This document shows, piece after piece, positions 62,759-64,000 of a DNA stretch of 64,000 nt (its first letter is position 1; each line of letters opens with the position of its first letter). The translations under genes were made by a program, and so were the position numbers. Source of the stretch: Mobula hypostoma. Its lineage: Eukaryota. The notes under the pieces are model-generated. The model saw only the letters and a program-made list of their open reading frames with translations, ran no database searches and was not told the origin of the DNA. The stretch spans positions 239,632,001 through 239,696,000 of the forward strand of contig NC_086097.1 of NCBI RefSeq assembly GCF_963921235.1. Direction: 5' to 3'.

Positions 62759-63243
62759 CACTGAATGGCCACTTTATTAGATACATCGCTACTCTTGATC
62801 ATTAACGCAAATACCTTATCAGCCAATCATGTGGCAGCAAATCAATGCATAAGAGCATGCAGACATCATCAAGCGCTTCAATTATTTTTTCAGACAAAAC
62901 ATCAGAACGTGGAAGAAATATGACCTAACTGACTTTGACCATGCAATGATTGTTGGTGCCGGATGGGGTACTTTGAGTATCTAAGAAACTGCTGATTTCC
63001 TGGGATTTTCACACACAACATTCTCTGAAATTTACAAAAATTGGTGCACAAAACAAAAAAAAAATCCAATGAGCAGCAGTTCTGTGGGCAAAAATGCCTT
63101 ATTAATTAGAGAGGTCAGAGTAGACTGACTAGACTAGTTCAAGCTGACAGGATTATTATAATAATTAATGCATTACAACAGGCTTGTACAGAAGAGCATC
63201 TCTGAACGCACAACATGTCAAACTTTGCTGTGGATGGACTACA
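62759..63243 (+). mobile_element. Tc1-like DNA transposon 5' part (TIR and transposase HTH remnant)
   Basis: TA followed by CACTGAATGGCCACTTTATTAG TIR; DLTDFD..MIVGA...ETADFLGFSHTT; QKSISERTT. Confidence 0.82.
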
Positions 63244-64000
63244 TAAGTCTACACTAGGTTTCTGGTTAAGATTTCTGCTGCTGTGCTCTGAGGTAGTTTA
63301 TATTAGCAGTTTACTGTAAAAGCAGTGAGCCATGCTGGAAAGTGTGTTTTGGCTTCGGCTAAGATAAGGACCCATGTTGTCCAGCTTAGGAATATGAGTC
63401 AGCCAATCAAGATTGCAGGATGTGAGAGAAGGCTGTAGAGTTTTCTGAAGGTCTGGTCTGGGGTCTTTTGGCGGGAGCTGTGGTGTGGGACAGAAGAGAA
63501 GATGCTCCACAATGCTGTTGGAAGGAGATTTTGCGTCACAAGAAGTGCTTTGTGCAGATGAATGGCTCCAAGAAGGAAGGGCAGTACTCCTGAGAGAGAG
63601 AGAGCCAGGGAGCTCAAGATGGACTTTAAGGCAAGTTTGGAATGTGGCAGGTGCTTTCACCCAGACCATGTGTCCGGTGCATTAGTGAGAGATACGCTTG
63701 CAAATACTCCAGTATGGGCTCCAACAGTTATGTGCATATTAACTCACTTAACTGTAAAGGGCTCTTCCCTTTTCTTTTTCCTACTAACTGTTTGATAAAG
63801 CGGAAATTGGTAAATATTCTTTCTTTATAATTTATTGCAGTGTATGTTCTGTTATTTTTTGCCGACTGATAATTGTGTATGGGCAGTATTTATATAGCAT
63901 TCACTCAAATGGAGATTCCTTTAATCGAAACATTGCGACGTTCCTGTTTGGTTGAACCCCAAATCTCATTGACCCTGGACGTATATTAACATAGAAGCAT
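63244..64000. other. Possible LTR-like repeat truncating the Tc1 element
   Basis: Tc1 similarity stops abruptly; non-coding, LTR-like composition; other end not visible. Confidence 0.3.

Overview
Vertebrate genomic DNA, almost entirely transposable elements. The repeat set (CR1, HE1/V-SINE-like, Rex1/Babar, Penelope-like, Tc1-like) points to a cartilaginous fish, probably a ray; this is inference. I could not confidently identify any host gene exon, so the window is probably intergenic or inside a very long intron. Main contents: (1) the 3' part of a class I/epsilon-like endogenous retrovirus (RNase H, integrase, env, 3' LTR; 1-6253) split by a CR1; (2) two independent insertions of one GC-rich Ty3/Gypsy family with a tRNA-Trp PBS (25679-30018; 39395-43593, the second with only one nonsense codon); (3) a Gmr1-like LTR element with integrase upstream of RT (31324-38022); (4) a 16-kb, five-level nest: Penelope < L1 < CR1 < Gmr1 < CR1; (5) solo LTRs, SINEs, MITEs and an orphan R2-like fragment. 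The most interesting non-coding signal is a family of minimal type-I hammerhead ribozyme motifs (AGUC-CUGANGA-stem II-GAAA-CG-UC/GACU) in the Penelope-like terminal repeats. Some sit in short, ORF-less fold-back elements. Everything was read by eye; boundaries without a stated TSD are approximate.
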